Shown here piece by piece: positions 61,758 through 64,000 of a DNA stretch of 64,000 nucleotides. Numbering within the stretch: position 1 is the stretch's first letter; every line of letters starts with the position of its first letter. The translations under genes were made by a program, and so were the position numbers. Source of the DNA: Wickerhamiella versatilis. Its lineage: Eukaryota. Under the pieces are notes generated by a model. The model did not search any database and had not been told where the DNA came from. It saw nothing but the letters and a program-made list of their open reading frames with translations. The stretch is from positions 1,116,001 through 1,180,000 of the forward strand of contig JAQOWU010000003.1 of assembly GCA_030867685.1 (NCBI GenBank), read 5' to 3'.

Positions 61758-62867
61758 ATGCGCCTTCATATCGGACAGATTTCTCCTGCCCTTGCCACCG
61801 ATATTGGCGATTTGGAGTTACGGCTTGAAAAATATGGGGAGCTTTTGTCCGGTATCGACCTCCACAAGAAGGAACACGGCGAATGGTATTTCGGCTTTGT
61901 CAATATTAATCTTTCAGATTCGCAATTTCAAAAGCTAAGAAATGCTCTGGCCGGTGTACTGTTCAAAAAAAGTCGTCTCAAGATAGACAAGGCCAAAGAA
62001 CAACCTTTACCTCCTGTAGAGCGCCATTCAAAACCAGAGCTGAATCGTGATCAGATGAAGCGGTTGATGTCTCATAAGGCCAGTTTAAATGGTAGGCGAC
62101 GGGAGTCAAAGCGTTCTGATCTGGCAAATGCATCTTTCAGGGTCATTATCAATGGAAGAGTTCATAAACCATCTCTACGTAAACAGAAACTCTGGGGCAT
62201 TGACCGTAGACCTTTACAACGGCTGGCCTTTGAATATCGAGATGGCTGTTGGGTCAACGGTGAGGGGCAAATAATTGAAGTAGTAGCCCAGTCCGAACAG
62301 GATCGTAATGCCAGGCTTCTTGAAAACATTCAAACTGGGTACCTGAGCGATTCAGACTTCGAAGAATTTCAGTCGTCCAAAAGAACGCTACTCCCCCAGG
62401 AAGAACCAGACTCTGATCTTGAGATAATTCCAAAGCACGCATTGCAGGAAGATAAAAGGGAAAATGATGAGGTATTCGACTCTGATGAGGATGAGTCTCA
62501 CCAGGATCAAGCAGAGGAGTCTAAGCAGAAGCAGGTGCCAGTCAACCAGAGTGAGGTATTAAGAGATGCATTTAAGCCAGAGAGCACGCCATTTACCCTG
62601 TTTTATGATGCTGAGACATTGCCAGATGCTGAACCGGCAGAGCCAGCCGAGGCTCCTCGTCCACCACAGCAAAGAAAACTAGGCTTGTTTTGGAACTACG
62701 AGTCACCTTTGTTACGCTCTCAAAGCCAGGCCTTGAAGTTTCATGGCGATTTTGATCCTGATGCATGGCATGCACGCTTTTATGAAAAACGAGGAGACTA
62801 CAATAGGTATCTCAAGAGAAGAAGACGGGATTTCTTGAAAAAGCAACGAAAAATGCATTCTCGCTAA
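61758..62867 (+). CDS. NOP8: 60S biogenesis protein Nop8 (N-terminal RRM)
   Basis: RLHIGQISP...FGFVNI...KL...L.GV.FK.S.LKI..AK, KQKLWG, basic C-terminus. Confidence 0.8.
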   Translation: MRLHIGQISPALATDIGDLELRLEKYGELLSGIDLHKKEHGEWYFGFVNINLSDSQFQKLRNALAGVLFKKSRLKIDKAKEQPLPPVERHSKPELNRDQMKRLMSHKASLNGRRRESKRSDLANASFRVIINGRVHKPSLRKQKLWGIDRRPLQRLAFEYRDGCWVNGEGQIIEVVAQSEQDRNARLLENIQTGYLSDSDFEEFQSSKRTLLPQEEPDSDLEIIPKHALQEDKRENDEVFDSDEDESHQDQAEESKQKQVPVNQSEVLRDAFKPESTPFTLFYDAETLPDAEPAEPAEAPRPPQQRKLGLFWNYESPLLRSQSQALKFHGDFDPDAWHARFYEKRGDYNRYLKRRRRDFLKKQRKMHSR

Positions 62868-62949
62868 TTGTTATCATCACTGAGAAGTAGACTACACTAA
62901 CTTATCTCATAATTTCTTGCATTTTATTTCGAAATTTATAAACAAATAA

Positions 62950-63999
62950 TCAAGGGTTTTCTAAGACCCGTGTGTATTGTGTATGTTCGTTAATTGCCTT
63001 GATCATTTCGTTTCCAATCACAGATACATCTTTCAAAATATCTTTGAAATATCCTTGTGTATCTTCAAACAGCTTTTTATATGCTAGGAAGTCGCCATTT
63101 CGGACAGCGTTCGACCATGTACGAGCTGCAACAACGAATTCTATATCATCGCCGCGGTAAGCGGTGGTAGATAGTGAATCATGAAGGCAAGCATCTAGTA
63201 ACCCAGGCGTCATAAATATATACTCAGTAACTCCCAATAATATACGAAATAGCGGTGTTGAGCAAATCATATGATCGTATGGAATAATACCTGATTGATA
63301 CCAACAGTCCACAATGGCAAGAATAGACAATTGAGAATTGGGCTTTCGCACATCTGGCGTAACGTCCTTCGACAGGGAAAATTGACCTAATAGCTCGTCC
63401 GGCAGTAGCAAGGAGTGTCTTTTGTCTTTTATTACCTTTTCAAAGACAAAATCCCTTGCCTTATAAAGACGATCCCGCAAAACATCATCTTGAGCTGTTA
63501 CCATTAGTTTCATGAGGTCAGTGACTGAAGTAGCATATTGCAGTGTCTGGACGTGGGCCATAGGATTTGTGATGGCAAGGCCGGCATACACATGCCATGA
63601 ATTGCTATAGATCCTCATGGCAATATTAATTTTTGCATTCTCAAGACCACCCGTTAAACGAGCGGTTTGCCACGGGTATTGATCATTTGCACGCCAGGCT
63701 GTCCCCATACTAAGAAATGCCATATGTGTAACTGCTTGAACATCGGCTGCAATAACATCATGCTGCTGAGCAGTGAGTCGTACCACCGTGCTTCCGAAGC
63801 AGCTGAGAACATTTTCTACCATTTCTCGCGTTGTATCGCGAGCACGATGTTGTATAATAGCAAGTGGTTGGCCTCTCGGATCTACGGAAGGCCCATGCAT
63901 AGAATGAACCGTGACAATCTCGACATCACTGGGCAGGTACTTCTCAAATGCTGCTACTTCGGGTGCCTTGCAAGAGGTTTGGCCCCCGACACATGCTCC
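62950..63999 (-). CDS. TYR1: Prephenate dehydrogenase (5' truncated by window)
   Basis: Frame is open to the window end (GACVGGQTSCKAPE); HSMHGP, HD...ADVQAVTH.AFLSMG, RIYSN.WHVYAGLAITNP. Confidence 0.95.
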   Translation of the reverse strand, partial: GACVGGQTSCKAPEVAAFEKYLPSDVEIVTVHSMHGPSVDPRGQPLAIIQHRARDTTREMVENVLSCFGSTVVRLTAQQHDVIAADVQAVTHMAFLSMGTAWRANDQYPWQTARLTGGLENAKINIAMRIYSNSWHVYAGLAITNPMAHVQTLQYATSVTDLMKLMVTAQDDVLRDRLYKARDFVFEKVIKDKRHSLLLPDELLGQFSLSKDVTPDVRKPNSQLSILAIVDCWYQSGIIPYDHMICSTPLFRILLGVTEYIFMTPGLLDACLHDSLSTTAYRGDDIEFVVAARTWSNAVRNGDFLAYKKLFEDTQGYFKDILKDVSVIGNEMIKAINEHTQYTRVLENP

Positions 64000-64000
64000 A

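Noticed and set aside
24008-64000. TRP2, PCD, PNPOx-like and TYR1 as an aromatic or cofactor gene cluster
   Set aside because: Scattered over 40 kb among unrelated housekeeping genes.

Overview
Eukaryotic, very gene-dense budding-yeast (Saccharomycotina) DNA. It holds 42 protein-coding genes in 64 kb, none needing an intron, read in the standard code, with many intergenic gaps under 150 bp. The compaction and protein divergence suggest the Wickerhamiella/Starmerella (W/S) clade; this is inference. Most genes are housekeeping: OPI10, ATS1, HSP31, FUN30, CDC10, CYC8, CLF1, DIS3, TRP2, SLN1, GUA1, RAM2, YVH1, CDC50, SUP45, VPS26, KRE6, NFU1, CBF1, IPI1, PIB2, NOP8, TYR1. I could not support any transposon, tRNA, rRNA or CRISPR feature, and I saw no multi-gene novel system. 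The most notable items are: (1) two head-to-head genes whose start codons overlap in one CATG (53089-53092); (2) a perfect double-CACGTG palindrome just upstream of CBF1, suggesting autoregulation; (3) a 2OG-Fe(II) oxygenase resembling a bacterial subtype (candidate HGT); (4) Fun30 with a Tyr/Gly/Gln prion-like N-terminus and a tandem SUMO-consensus KEEP tail; (5) diverged paralogs or candidate pseudoenzymes (PNPOx lacking RLHDR, a poly(A)-binding paralog, GT34 lacking DxD); (6) a BAG-like orphan with HSE and Gcn4-type promoter sites. All family assignments come from motif recognition, not database searches.
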